Positions 1 through 7,298 of a stretch of DNA of 15,624 nt are shown in pieces. The notes below the pieces were generated by a model. It was not told the origin of the DNA and searched no databases. It saw only the letters and a list, made by a program, of their open reading frames with translations. The stretch's first letter is position 1, and the number at the start of each line of letters is the position of its first letter. Where the stretch lies: assembly GCA_043800755.1 (NCBI GenBank), contig JAZDMQ010000053.1, positions 1 to 15,624 on the forward strand. Direction: 5' to 3'. Position numbers and translations under genes: made by a program. Origin of the DNA: a bacterium. GTDB lineage: Bacteria > Methylomirabilota > Methylomirabilia > CAVQYV01.

Positions 1-1497
1 ACCCTTATTCTCGACTGCCTTGCCGATGAGCAGATAACAGAGGACTGGCGTGAGGGTGAGGGATAGGACCAGGCCGATCGCCATGGAGACCACCACGGTG
101 AAGGCGAAGGGGCCGAAGAACTTGCCTTCCAAGCCAGTCAGAAAGAGGAGGGGTAGGAAGACCGCAATAATCATGAAGGTTGCATAGATGATGGGACGTC
201 TGACCTCCACCGAGCCCTCGATGGTGGCGGTATAGTGGTCCTCGTGCCGGATGCGCATATGGCGGTAGATATTTTCCGTCACCACGATGGAGTCATCCAC
301 CATGATCCCCAGCACGACAGCCAGTCCTCCCAGGGACATGATGTTGATGGTGATGTGAAAGAGCTTCATGAAGATGAAGGTGATGATGATGGCCACCGGA
401 ATGGTGAGGGAGGGGATAAGAGTAGGACGAACGCTCCCTAAGAATAGAAGGATGATGAAAACCACCGCGATCGACCCGATGAGGAGGGCCTCCACCAGGT
501 TGCGAATGGCCAGATTGATGAGCTTGGATTGGTCGAAGAAGATCTTGAGGGCGACCCCCTTGGGCAGGAATCCCCGCGTCTCCTCCAGGGCCTTCTTGAT
601 GTCCTTGATGACCGGCATGGTATCCAGGCCGAATTGCTTGAAGACGGTGACCGCCACCACCTCTTGCCCATTGACGATCGCGACCCCCCTTCGGATCTGC
701 CCTCCCTCCTGAATGGTGGCCACATCGCGAAGGTAAACCGGGGTGGAGTGGCGGGTGGCGACAACCACCTCATTGAGGTCCGCCAGCTTATTCAGTCTCC
801 CCAGGCCTCGGACCGTGAATTCCAGCGGGCCATCGATGACGATGCCCCCGGAGAAGTTCTCGTTATTTTCGTGGAGGGCCGTCACCACTTCATCTATCGT
901 AACGTCGTGGCCTTTGAGTTTGTTCAAATCCAAGAGGACCTGGTATTGACGGATTTCCCCCCCGAAATTGAGCAGCTTTGAGACTCCCGGGATGGTCTGC
1001 AAGCGATAGCGGAGCAGATAATCCGCCAGCTCCCGTTTGTCACGGGGCGAGAGGTCTCCCTCTATATAATACTCCAATACCTCGCTGAGGCGAGACTGAG
1101 CGGAGCCGATGACCGGGGGCTCCGTCCCGACGGGGAGGAGAGGGGTCACCGCGGCCAGCCGCTCTGCCAGCCACTGTCGGGCGAGATAGTAATTGGTGCC
1201 CCACTTGAATTCAGCTGTTATAGTAGCGATCTCGATTCCCGAATCGGAGCGGACCCGAGTCACATTGGGCATGGCGCGGAGTGCACTTTCTACGGGACGA
1301 GCAATGAGGGTCTCCACATCCTGAGACGCCATGCCGTGATTTTCTATGATCACCGTGATGACCGGGGAGCTGAGATCGGGGAGGAGGTCGGTGGAGAGAG
1401 AAAGAAAGGCACCTACCCCGACGGCGGTAACCAGACCTACCAGCATGAGCAAAAGTAGCCGATGTTCCAGAGATAAAATGACGATCTTTTTCAGCAT
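1..1497 (-). CDS. RND efflux permease, CzcA/CusA-like, 3'-truncated by the window edge
   Basis: Missing from the ORF track (no stop in window). Translated by hand from ATG at 1497 (upstream AAGGA RBS), open to position 1: MLKKIVILSLEHRLLLLMLVGLVTAVGVGAFLSLSTDLLPDLSSPVITV...DVETLIARPVESAL...GGEIRQYQV...NIMSLGGLAVVLGIMVDDSIVVTENIYR...GLEGKFFGPFAFTVVVSMAIGLVLSLTLTPVLC. This is a typical RND N-terminal half (TM1, periplasmic domain, TM2-6), following OMF and MFP genes. Confidence 0.93.
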   Translation of the reverse strand, partial: MLKKIVILSLEHRLLLLMLVGLVTAVGVGAFLSLSTDLLPDLSSPVITVIIENHGMASQDVETLIARPVESALRAMPNVTRVRSDSGIEIATITAEFKWGTNYYLARQWLAERLAAVTPLLPVGTEPPVIGSAQSRLSEVLEYYIEGDLSPRDKRELADYLLRYRLQTIPGVSKLLNFGGEIRQYQVLLDLNKLKGHDVTIDEVVTALHENNENFSGGIVIDGPLEFTVRGLGRLNKLADLNEVVVATRHSTPVYLRDVATIQEGGQIRRGVAIVNGQEVVAVTVFKQFGLDTMPVIKDIKKALEETRGFLPKGVALKIFFDQSKLINLAIRNLVEALLIGSIAVVFIILLFLGSVRPTLIPSLTIPVAIIITFIFMKLFHITINIMSLGGLAVVLGIMVDDSIVVTENIYRHMRIRHEDHYTATIEGSVEVRRPIIYATFMIIAVFLPLLFLTGLEGKFFGPFAFTVVVSMAIGLVLSLTLTPVLCYLLIGKAVENKG

Positions 1498-1566
1498 AGC
1501 CTATCCTTGATCCAAGCTTTCTTTCGGGCCGGCCGGGGCTTTCCGTCCTGTTCGGACTTAAGCTCT

Positions 1567-2976
1567 CTAATGTTCGTGTCCCTCGTGCTCCGCATGAGTT
1601 CCTGAGGTCCCTGCCCCTTTCATGGCCTGGGCCTTCAATTGGAAGGCCCCGTTCGTCACCACCTCTTCCTCTTCCCCCAGGCCGCTGGTGATCTCCATCC
1701 TTCCATCCACCTTGGTGCCAACCTCGACCATCCTCTTCTGAAATCCATCGCCCACTTGGACGAAGACCACCTTTTCTCCCTCCTCATCCAGGACCGCCTT
1801 CTCCGGGACGCTGATGACCCCCTTGTTGATCCCGGTGACGATCTTGGCCTCTCCAAACATCCCCGGCTTGAGGAGGAGGGACTTGTTCTCGATCTCTGCC
1901 CGCAGGCTGATGGTGCGGGTGTGGGGGTCGATGACCGGCGAGATGTAGCTGATCCGGCCCTGAAAGATTTGTTCAGGGTAGGGCAAGACCTTCAGCCTCA
2001 CTCCTTGCCCCTTCTTCACCTGAGGAAGGAGGTTCTCATAGACCTCGGCGAACATCCATACCCGGGAGAGGTCCATGATAGTGAACAGGTCCGTATTCTC
2101 ATCAACCAATTCCCCCACATTGATCTTCCTCTCAATCACGGTCCCGGCAAGAGGAGAATAGATATGATAGGCAGAAGAGACCTCATTGGTCAGCTCGTCA
2201 GGCTTTACCCCCATGAGGGACAGGGCCTGCTTCGCCCTCTCATAATCTGCCTTGGCATTGGCGTATTCAGTCTCCCGGGCCTGGGTCTCCCGCTGGTAAT
2301 TGATGTCTTTTACATATTCATATTCCGCCTTTGCCTTTTCATATTCCGCCTCGGCGTTCTCCATGTCCTTCTTGGCGACGATCTTGTTTTCGTAAAGCCG
2401 CCTTTGCCTCTCCAGGATCTTCTGCGCCAGCTCCATCCTGGTTTTGGCTTGCAGGATCTCGACCTGAGCCTCTTGCTTCTTCTGCCGCTCCAAATTGGCC
2501 AGGGCCAAATCCATCCGGGACTTGGCCTGCAGGAGGTTGGACCTTGCCTCTCCCACCTCGGAGCTGAAGAGGAGGGCCAGGGCCTGTCCTTTCTGGACAT
2601 GATCTCCCGGATTCACCACCACCTTGACCGCCCGCCCTTTCACCTTGGAGCCCACCTTGGCCGTAGCATTCAGATTGGCGCTGATAGTGGCCGGGGCGGT
2701 GATGACTGCGGGCAGATCGCCCACGCTCACCTTCTCGGTTTCCAGCTTGATGAGGGACCTGGTCGCCTCATCGATGTGGATCAGGCCGGCAGGCTCTTGG
2801 TGCTGTTGCCCTTCCTCGCCCGGATGCTTCCCCTGTTCCTCGCCCTGGTGTTCGGCGGCACTGTGGGCCGGGGCCTTTTTCTCCTCCTGGGCAGTCCGAT
2901 TGCAGCCCGGGGAGGCCACAAAGAGGCCAAGGAAGGCCACCACGACAACCGCGCAAACCTTTGATGAAGTTCTCAT
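1567..2976 (-). CDS. RND periplasmic adaptor (membrane fusion protein), CzcB/CusB-like
   Basis: Lipoyl-like halves (GRAVKVVVNPGDHVQKGQALA; IYSPLAGTVIERKINVGELV), helical hairpin, beta-barrel motifs (DLSRVW, GRISYISPVIDPHTRT, LLKPGMFG), His-rich termini. The track start (3204) overlaps the OMF gene; the real start is probably ATG 2976 (GGAG 7 nt upstream) or 2997. A hydrophobic leader ending ...VASPGC may be a lipoprotein signal. Confidence 0.92.
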   Translation of the reverse strand: MRTSSKVCAVVVVAFLGLFVASPGCNRTAQEEKKAPAHSAAEHQGEEQGKHPGEEGQQHQEPAGLIHIDEATRSLIKLETEKVSVGDLPAVITAPATISANLNATAKVGSKVKGRAVKVVVNPGDHVQKGQALALLFSSEVGEARSNLLQAKSRMDLALANLERQKKQEAQVEILQAKTRMELAQKILERQRRLYENKIVAKKDMENAEAEYEKAKAEYEYVKDINYQRETQARETEYANAKADYERAKQALSLMGVKPDELTNEVSSAYHIYSPLAGTVIERKINVGELVDENTDLFTIMDLSRVWMFAEVYENLLPQVKKGQGVRLKVLPYPEQIFQGRISYISPVIDPHTRTISLRAEIENKSLLLKPGMFGEAKIVTGINKGVISVPEKAVLDEEGEKVVFVQVGDGFQKRMVEVGTKVDGRMEITSGLGEEEEVVTNGAFQLKAQAMKGAGTSGTHAEHEGHEH

Positions 2977-3061
2977 CTCTCCACTCCCTGTTCTCATTTC
3001 CTCGCCTAGGTGAGACGCCCTTTTCCCCTTCTGGCGATGTGGAATCTTCCCTTCCCTCAGG

Positions 3062-4306
3062 CTAAAGGGATCCGGCCCCGGTGGCCCGCTCCAGGGCGGC
3101 CTCCGCAACCTTCTGGTCATAGAGCGCCTGCTGATAATCCAGCGAGGTTTGGCGGGCCGTGCGTTGGGCCTCGATGAGCTCCAAGATGCCAAAGGCACCC
3201 TCACGATAGCTGATCTCGGCGATTCTCCTGGTCTCTTCTGCCTGTTTGAGGAGCTGTTGGGAAAAGGCCTGGATCAGATCTTTGGCAATGACATAGTTCT
3301 GGTAGGCCTCGGTAACCAGCCGCGTCGTCTCATTCTGCAAGTTGCGCAACTCGGCCTCGGCCCGGGCCTTCTCGGCGGCAGCGGTGGCGATGGCCCCCCG
3401 CTGATGGTTCCAGAGCGGGAGAGGCACAGAAAGACCGAGTCCGGCCAATTCCTTGTCGATCTCCCGGTCGTAGAAGCCGGTCACCGTCAAATCCGGGTAG
3501 CGCGAGGCCCTTGCCATATCGAGGAGCCGCGATTGCTTTTCGACCAGGTAGTTCTGTTGCTGAATATAGGGATGTCTCTCCAGGGCTTTCTGCATCAGGG
3601 ATTCGAGGTTCAGCTCCTCGGGCGGGGACTCCAAGGCCCCGGCGATCTCCAGGGGGCTGGAGCCGGGTCGGCCCAACAGGACATTGAGGTTCGCCTTGGC
3701 GAGGGAGACCTTGTTCGCCGCCTTCTGCACTTCGTTGGTGGCCCGGGCCATCTCCACCTGGGCCTTGATCAATTCGAATTCCGGGGCTTCCCCCACCTCC
3801 ACCCTGATCTTGGCAGAAGAGAGGAAGGTTCGGGCGGATTTTTCGTTATCCTGGGCGACCTCCAGGTTCTTCTCCGCCAAGAGGAGGCGATAAAACGCAG
3901 TCTTGACCTCGAAGATGAAAGTGAGTTTCAGGCCTTCCCTCTCGAAGGATGTGGCTTTGAGGTCCATCTCAGCGGCCTGGCGGCGATATTTCCGCTTGGC
4001 AGGCACCTCGAGCAGTTGGCTCAGCTCCACGGATCCCTCATAATCCCCCGGGTTGAAGCGGGTGATCCGGCCGAGCCTCCCCCCGATCTCGGGATTAGGA
4101 AAGGCCCGGGCCGAGGAGAGCACTCCCTCTCCTGCCTTGACCTTGGCCTCCCAGGCGGCGATCAGGGGGTTATCGGCCAGCCCGATCCGCAGGGCATCGG
4201 ACAGGGTCAGGGGCTCCGCGGCGACTGTCCCCGCCGTCCACAAGAGGAAGAGGAGGGAAAAGAAGAGGACTTTCCCAGCCCCAGTCTTTACTTCAGGTCG
4301 CTTCAT
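3062..4306 (-). CDS. TolC-family outer membrane factor, CzcC-like
   Basis: Signal peptide (LLFLLWTAGTVAA-E), ARAFPNPEI, ASRYPDLTV, LSVPLPLWNHQRGAI, SYREGAFGILELIEAQR, LERATG. Start placed at ATG 4306 (AAAGGA 8 nt upstream) rather than TTG 4312. Confidence 0.92.
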   Translation of the reverse strand: MKRPEVKTGAGKVLFFSLLFLLWTAGTVAAEPLTLSDALRIGLADNPLIAAWEAKVKAGEGVLSSARAFPNPEIGGRLGRITRFNPGDYEGSVELSQLLEVPAKRKYRRQAAEMDLKATSFEREGLKLTFIFEVKTAFYRLLLAEKNLEVAQDNEKSARTFLSSAKIRVEVGEAPEFELIKAQVEMARATNEVQKAANKVSLAKANLNVLLGRPGSSPLEIAGALESPPEELNLESLMQKALERHPYIQQQNYLVEKQSRLLDMARASRYPDLTVTGFYDREIDKELAGLGLSVPLPLWNHQRGAIATAAAEKARAEAELRNLQNETTRLVTEAYQNYVIAKDLIQAFSQQLLKQAEETRRIAEISYREGAFGILELIEAQRTARQTSLDYQQALYDQKVAEAALERATGAGSL

Positions 4307-4330
4307 GAGCAATTTCCTTTCTCGGGCGCG

Positions 4331-5449
4331 TCAGACCAGGAACGAGATAATCCTTTCCAACTGGCAGTGGAGGAACAGGGGATCAACCCAGAGATCAATT
4401 AAGGACAAGAGCAGAAAAAAGACCATCCCGAAGGCGACCAGATGGCCCAGGGGACCGAAGCGGGAGCACGGTGGATCGGGCCGGGCCAGACCCTGGTCGC
4501 AGAGGCGGAGGATGTTCTTGATTCTTCTCTCCACCAAGGCAGAGGGGGCGGGGGAAAAGAAGGCGGATTGGAGCAGGGGTTGCATCCGCGAGCCCCCAGT
4601 GTTCATCATCGCCTTTTCCATCTGGAGCAAGGCCTCCGCGAGGTCCAAGGGCCTCCCGGTGCGATAGACCGCGATTTCATCGCAGAGCAACTCCGCCTCC
4701 TGCCTCCACCATCGGAAGAGGAGGTGTCCGGTAGGGGAGAAGAGAAGGAGGTTCTTGCAGAAGGAGAGGAGGAACTGGGAGAGGTTGTCCAGGCGCAGGC
4801 GATGGGCAACCTCGTGTTGCAGGAGGGCCCGGACCTGCCCGGGAGACAGGGCCTGCAACAGCCCGGTCGAGAGGATGATGTGCGGACGCCAGATCCCCGA
4901 GAGGAAGGAGATGGGCAGCTCGGCCTGGATCAGGTGCAATCCCGGGCCCCCCGCCTCCCTGAACTCTTGAAGCAAAGATCGGGTCTCGGGATGAAGGCCT
5001 TTCCCCCCTAATTCGATCACCCGGTGCCGCATCAGCCATCCCAGGCGCCCTCGCATCCTCCAGCAGGCATAGAGGCCTCGGAAGGCGGAGAAGAGAATGA
5101 GGACGACCGAGCAGATCAGGAGGCTACGAAAGATGAGGCTGGAGGGCAGGCTGACCGGGGAGTGAAAGAAACAGAGGTGATGGTAAGGATGGCTGATGCG
5201 GAGCTGAAAATGGAAGACATGGTCCTCCGGGATCAGGAAGGGAGGCACCAGGGAGGCAATCAGGGTGATATAGGCGAGCAGGGGAGGGAGGCCCAACGCA
5301 TAAAGGAGCAGGTTGCTCTGGGATCGGGATGACTTAGGGGGCCGAAGACGGCGGAGGAGGAGGAAGACCCCGAAGAAGAGGAGGGAGAGGAAGAGATTCA
5401 GAAGCAGGAAGTTGACCAAAAAGGAAGAGGCGACCAGTCCTTTATTCAT
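4331..5449 (-). CDS. BlaR1/MecR1-like M56 membrane zinc metalloprotease lacking the C-terminal penicillin-binding domain
   Basis: HEVAH zinc motif (4802-4816), upstream GIWRPHIILSTGLL, downstream EAELLCDEIA, four hydrophobic segments; overlaps the repressor stop by 8 nt. Confidence 0.9.
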   Translation of the reverse strand: MNKGLVASSFLVNFLLLNLFLSLLFFGVFLLLRRLRPPKSSRSQSNLLLYALGLPPLLAYITLIASLVPPFLIPEDHVFHFQLRISHPYHHLCFFHSPVSLPSSLIFRSLLICSVVLILFSAFRGLYACWRMRGRLGWLMRHRVIELGGKGLHPETRSLLQEFREAGGPGLHLIQAELPISFLSGIWRPHIILSTGLLQALSPGQVRALLQHEVAHRLRLDNLSQFLLSFCKNLLLFSPTGHLLFRWWRQEAELLCDEIAVYRTGRPLDLAEALLQMEKAMMNTGGSRMQPLLQSAFFSPAPSALVERRIKNILRLCDQGLARPDPPCSRFGPLGHLVAFGMVFFLLLSLIDLWVDPLFLHCQLERIISFLV

Positions 5450-5873
5450 TTCCCGCCCTCCGTTGCCGGATCATCTCCTCCAGGCGATCGAGGCACGCAG
5501 GATCTCTCTCCGCGAGCAGGTCCAAGAAGGCAGACATGAGGGACTCTGAGGTGGCGCCGGCCAGACCACGGAGGACCTCTTCGGTCAGGATCTCCTCAAA
5601 CTCCTGACGGCTGAAACGGGGGGCATAGAGGAAGGCCTTGCCGGACTTGACTCGCTGGAGCAGCCCCTTCTGGTAGAGCCGGTCCATGGTGGTCATGATG
5701 GTGGTATAGGCGAGGGTGCGTTCCCGGGAGAGATCCTCCCAGGTCTCCTTCACCGAGGATTCCGGCGCCTTCCAGAGGCGATCCATCACCTTGGATTCCA
5801 GCTCTCCCAAGGCCCTCTTGATGCCTTTGCGATGTGGGTGAAAGGCGCGAATCTGCAGGGATGATTTCACCAT
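5442..5873 (-). CDS. BlaI/MecI/CopY-family transcriptional repressor
   Basis: LGELESKVMDRLW...LAYTTIMTTMDRLYQKGLLQRVKSGKAFLYAP winged-helix signature; GGAGG RBS 6 nt upstream; paired with an M56 protease. Confidence 0.93.
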   Translation of the reverse strand: MVKSSLQIRAFHPHRKGIKRALGELESKVMDRLWKAPESSVKETWEDLSRERTLAYTTIMTTMDRLYQKGLLQRVKSGKAFLYAPRFSRQEFEEILTEEVLRGLAGATSESLMSAFLDLLAERDPACLDRLEEMIRQRRAGNE

Positions 5874-5891
5874 GGCCAGCCTCCGGGGCCC

Positions 5892-5920
5892 CTTTTAACA
5901 CCTCCACATACTATTGTCAA
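5892..5920 (-). promoter_or_regulatory. Putative sigma70 promoter of the repressor-protease-efflux operon
   Basis: TTGACA (5920-5915), 17-nt spacer ending TGT, then TAAAAG (5897-5892). Perfect -35, imperfect extended -10. Confidence 0.6.
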
Positions 5921-5926
5921 TAGTAT
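5908..5926. promoter_or_regulatory. Palindromic operator, probably bound by the BlaI-family repressor
   Basis: Perfect inverted repeat ATACTATTG-T-CAATAGTAT, AT-rich in a GC-rich background, 34 nt upstream of the repressor ATG and covering the -35 box. Confidence 0.8.
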
Positions 5927-5942
5927 TTTACCGAGGGGTCGA

Positions 5943-7298
5943 TCACATCTCGCGCAGGGCAGCCATCATGTCACGGATGGCCCCCACCTTGATGCCTCGA
6001 AGGCGAAAGGGGCTGAGCAGGCCTTTCAGCACCCGAGAGGGACGCAGGTAGAAGGCGCGGTAGGCCAGGCGGAGGAGCTCCGAGAGCCGTTCCGGGGAGA
6101 GATGGTCCAGGCGAATGGTGGGGTGCATGCAGTCGTATCTGGACCAATCCGGCTCGAAGATTCGGCCTCGCAGGCGTTCGAATAGGTCGGTCCCGGGATA
6201 GGGGGTGAGGAGAGAGAACTGGGCGGATGCGACGCGAAGCTGAATCGCCTGGGAGATGGTCGCCCGGGCCATCTCCTCCGTCTCGCCCACCTCGCCCAGG
6301 ACATAGCTTCCCGTGGTATCAATGCCGTACCTCCTCAGCAGCCTCACCGCAGACTCCGCCATCCCGGGATGCGCCCTCTTGCCGTAAGCATCCAGGACCC
6401 CATGGCTGGCACTCTCGATGCCCATAAAGACATAGCGGGCCCCAGCGGCAGCCATGGCCTCCACCATGGCGTCATTCTTGATGAGGGTGTCCGGGCGGGA
6501 AAAACACCACCATTTCAGGTCCCACCCCTGATGGAGGATCTGTTCGCAGATTTGAAGGACCCGGTCCGGGTCCAGGGTGAAATTATCGTCCAAGAAGGCG
6601 AGGGCCGAGAAGCCATAGCGTCCGATGATCTCCTCGATCTCTTCCAGGATGGAGGAGATGGAGCGGGTGCGCCACCTGGTCCCGGAGAATCGAGAAGAGG
6701 CACAGAAAGTGCAATTGAAGGGACAGCCGCGGCTGGTAATGATGGAGGTGATAGGGCGACCCGCCAACTCCAGGCGACGGTAGAGATTAATCGGCAAGAG
6801 GTCGCGGGCAGGGAAGGCCAGGGCATCGAGGTCGGCAGGGAGTTCCGCATCCGGGGTCCGTCTGATGAGGTCCTGCTCCAGATAGGAGAGTCCGGGAAGC
6901 GAAGAGAGGTCCTCCCCCCCCTGCCAGGAGTTGACCAGGGCGGGGAAGATGGTCTCTCCCTCACCGCGCACCACAAAATCCACCCACCCCGTCCGCAGGG
7001 CCTCCTCATCCTGGAAGCTCACATGGGGCCCGCCCAGGACCACCGCCGTCCCGGCCTCCTTGGCCCGCTTCGCCCAGGCCAGGGCCAGGGGATAGCGGGG
7101 CGTATCGGCGGTGATGCCCACCAGGTCGTAACCGGACAGGTCCGAGGGGGGCTCTTCCACATTGAGGTCCTTGATGGAGACGGAGTGGCCCTGCCTTCTC
7201 AAGGAGGAGGCGAGGTAGGCCAGGCCCAGGGGGGGCAGGATGAAGCCCAGCTTGTGGTAGAGGCCGCTGAAAGGGGGATTGAGCAGCAGGAGTCTCAC
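5943..7298 (-). CDS. Cobalamin(B12)-binding domain radical SAM protein
   Basis: PPLGLAYLA, VVLGGPHVS, VVRGEGE, SRGCPFNCTFC (CxxxCxxC at 6702-6725), FLDDNFT, MGIES, LTPYPGTDLF; GTG start overlaps the upstream TGA. Confidence 0.92.
   Translation of the reverse strand: MRLLLLNPPFSGLYHKLGFILPPLGLAYLASSLRRQGHSVSIKDLNVEEPPSDLSGYDLVGITADTPRYPLALAWAKRAKEAGTAVVLGGPHVSFQDEEALRTGWVDFVVRGEGETIFPALVNSWQGGEDLSSLPGLSYLEQDLIRRTPDAELPADLDALAFPARDLLPINLYRRLELAGRPITSIITSRGCPFNCTFCASSRFSGTRWRTRSISSILEEIEEIIGRYGFSALAFLDDNFTLDPDRVLQICEQILHQGWDLKWWCFSRPDTLIKNDAMVEAMAAAGARYVFMGIESASHGVLDAYGKRAHPGMAESAVRLLRRYGIDTTGSYVLGEVGETEEMARATISQAIQLRVASAQFSLLTPYPGTDLFERLRGRIFEPDWSRYDCMHPTIRLDHLSPERLSELLRLAYRAFYLRPSRVLKGLLSPFRLRGIKVGAIRDMMAALREM

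Noticed and set aside
235-981. Short track ORFs, including a His/Asp-rich 68-aa peptide at 235-441
   Set aside because: They lie within the RND permease gene; the His/Asp richness is the antisense reading of its Val/Ile/Met transmembrane codons.
960-1497. Apparently more A/T-ending codons in the 5' part of the RND gene (possible mosaic)
   Set aside because: Judged only by eye, 5' regions are often AT-shifted, and no breakpoint or repeat is visible.
1498-1566. Short GC palindromes between MFP and permease genes
   Set aside because: Stems are too short to exceed chance in GC-rich DNA; no terminator signature on the coding strand.
2998-3204. Track N-terminal extension of the MFP, and similarly 10478-10756 and 11910-12206
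   Set aside because: Extensions overlap upstream genes in another frame and precede the natural signal/domain starts; closer starts fit better.
1639-4402. Long plus-strand ORFs 1639-2964 and 3149-4402
   Set aside because: In-register antisense shadows of the MFP and OMF genes; no recognisable motifs; common in GC-rich DNA.
4331-5873. Calling this a blaR1/blaI beta-lactam resistance locus, or the repressor copY
   Set aside because: No beta-lactamase or PBP gene, no penicillin-binding domain, no CopY CxC motif; only family-level calls are supported.
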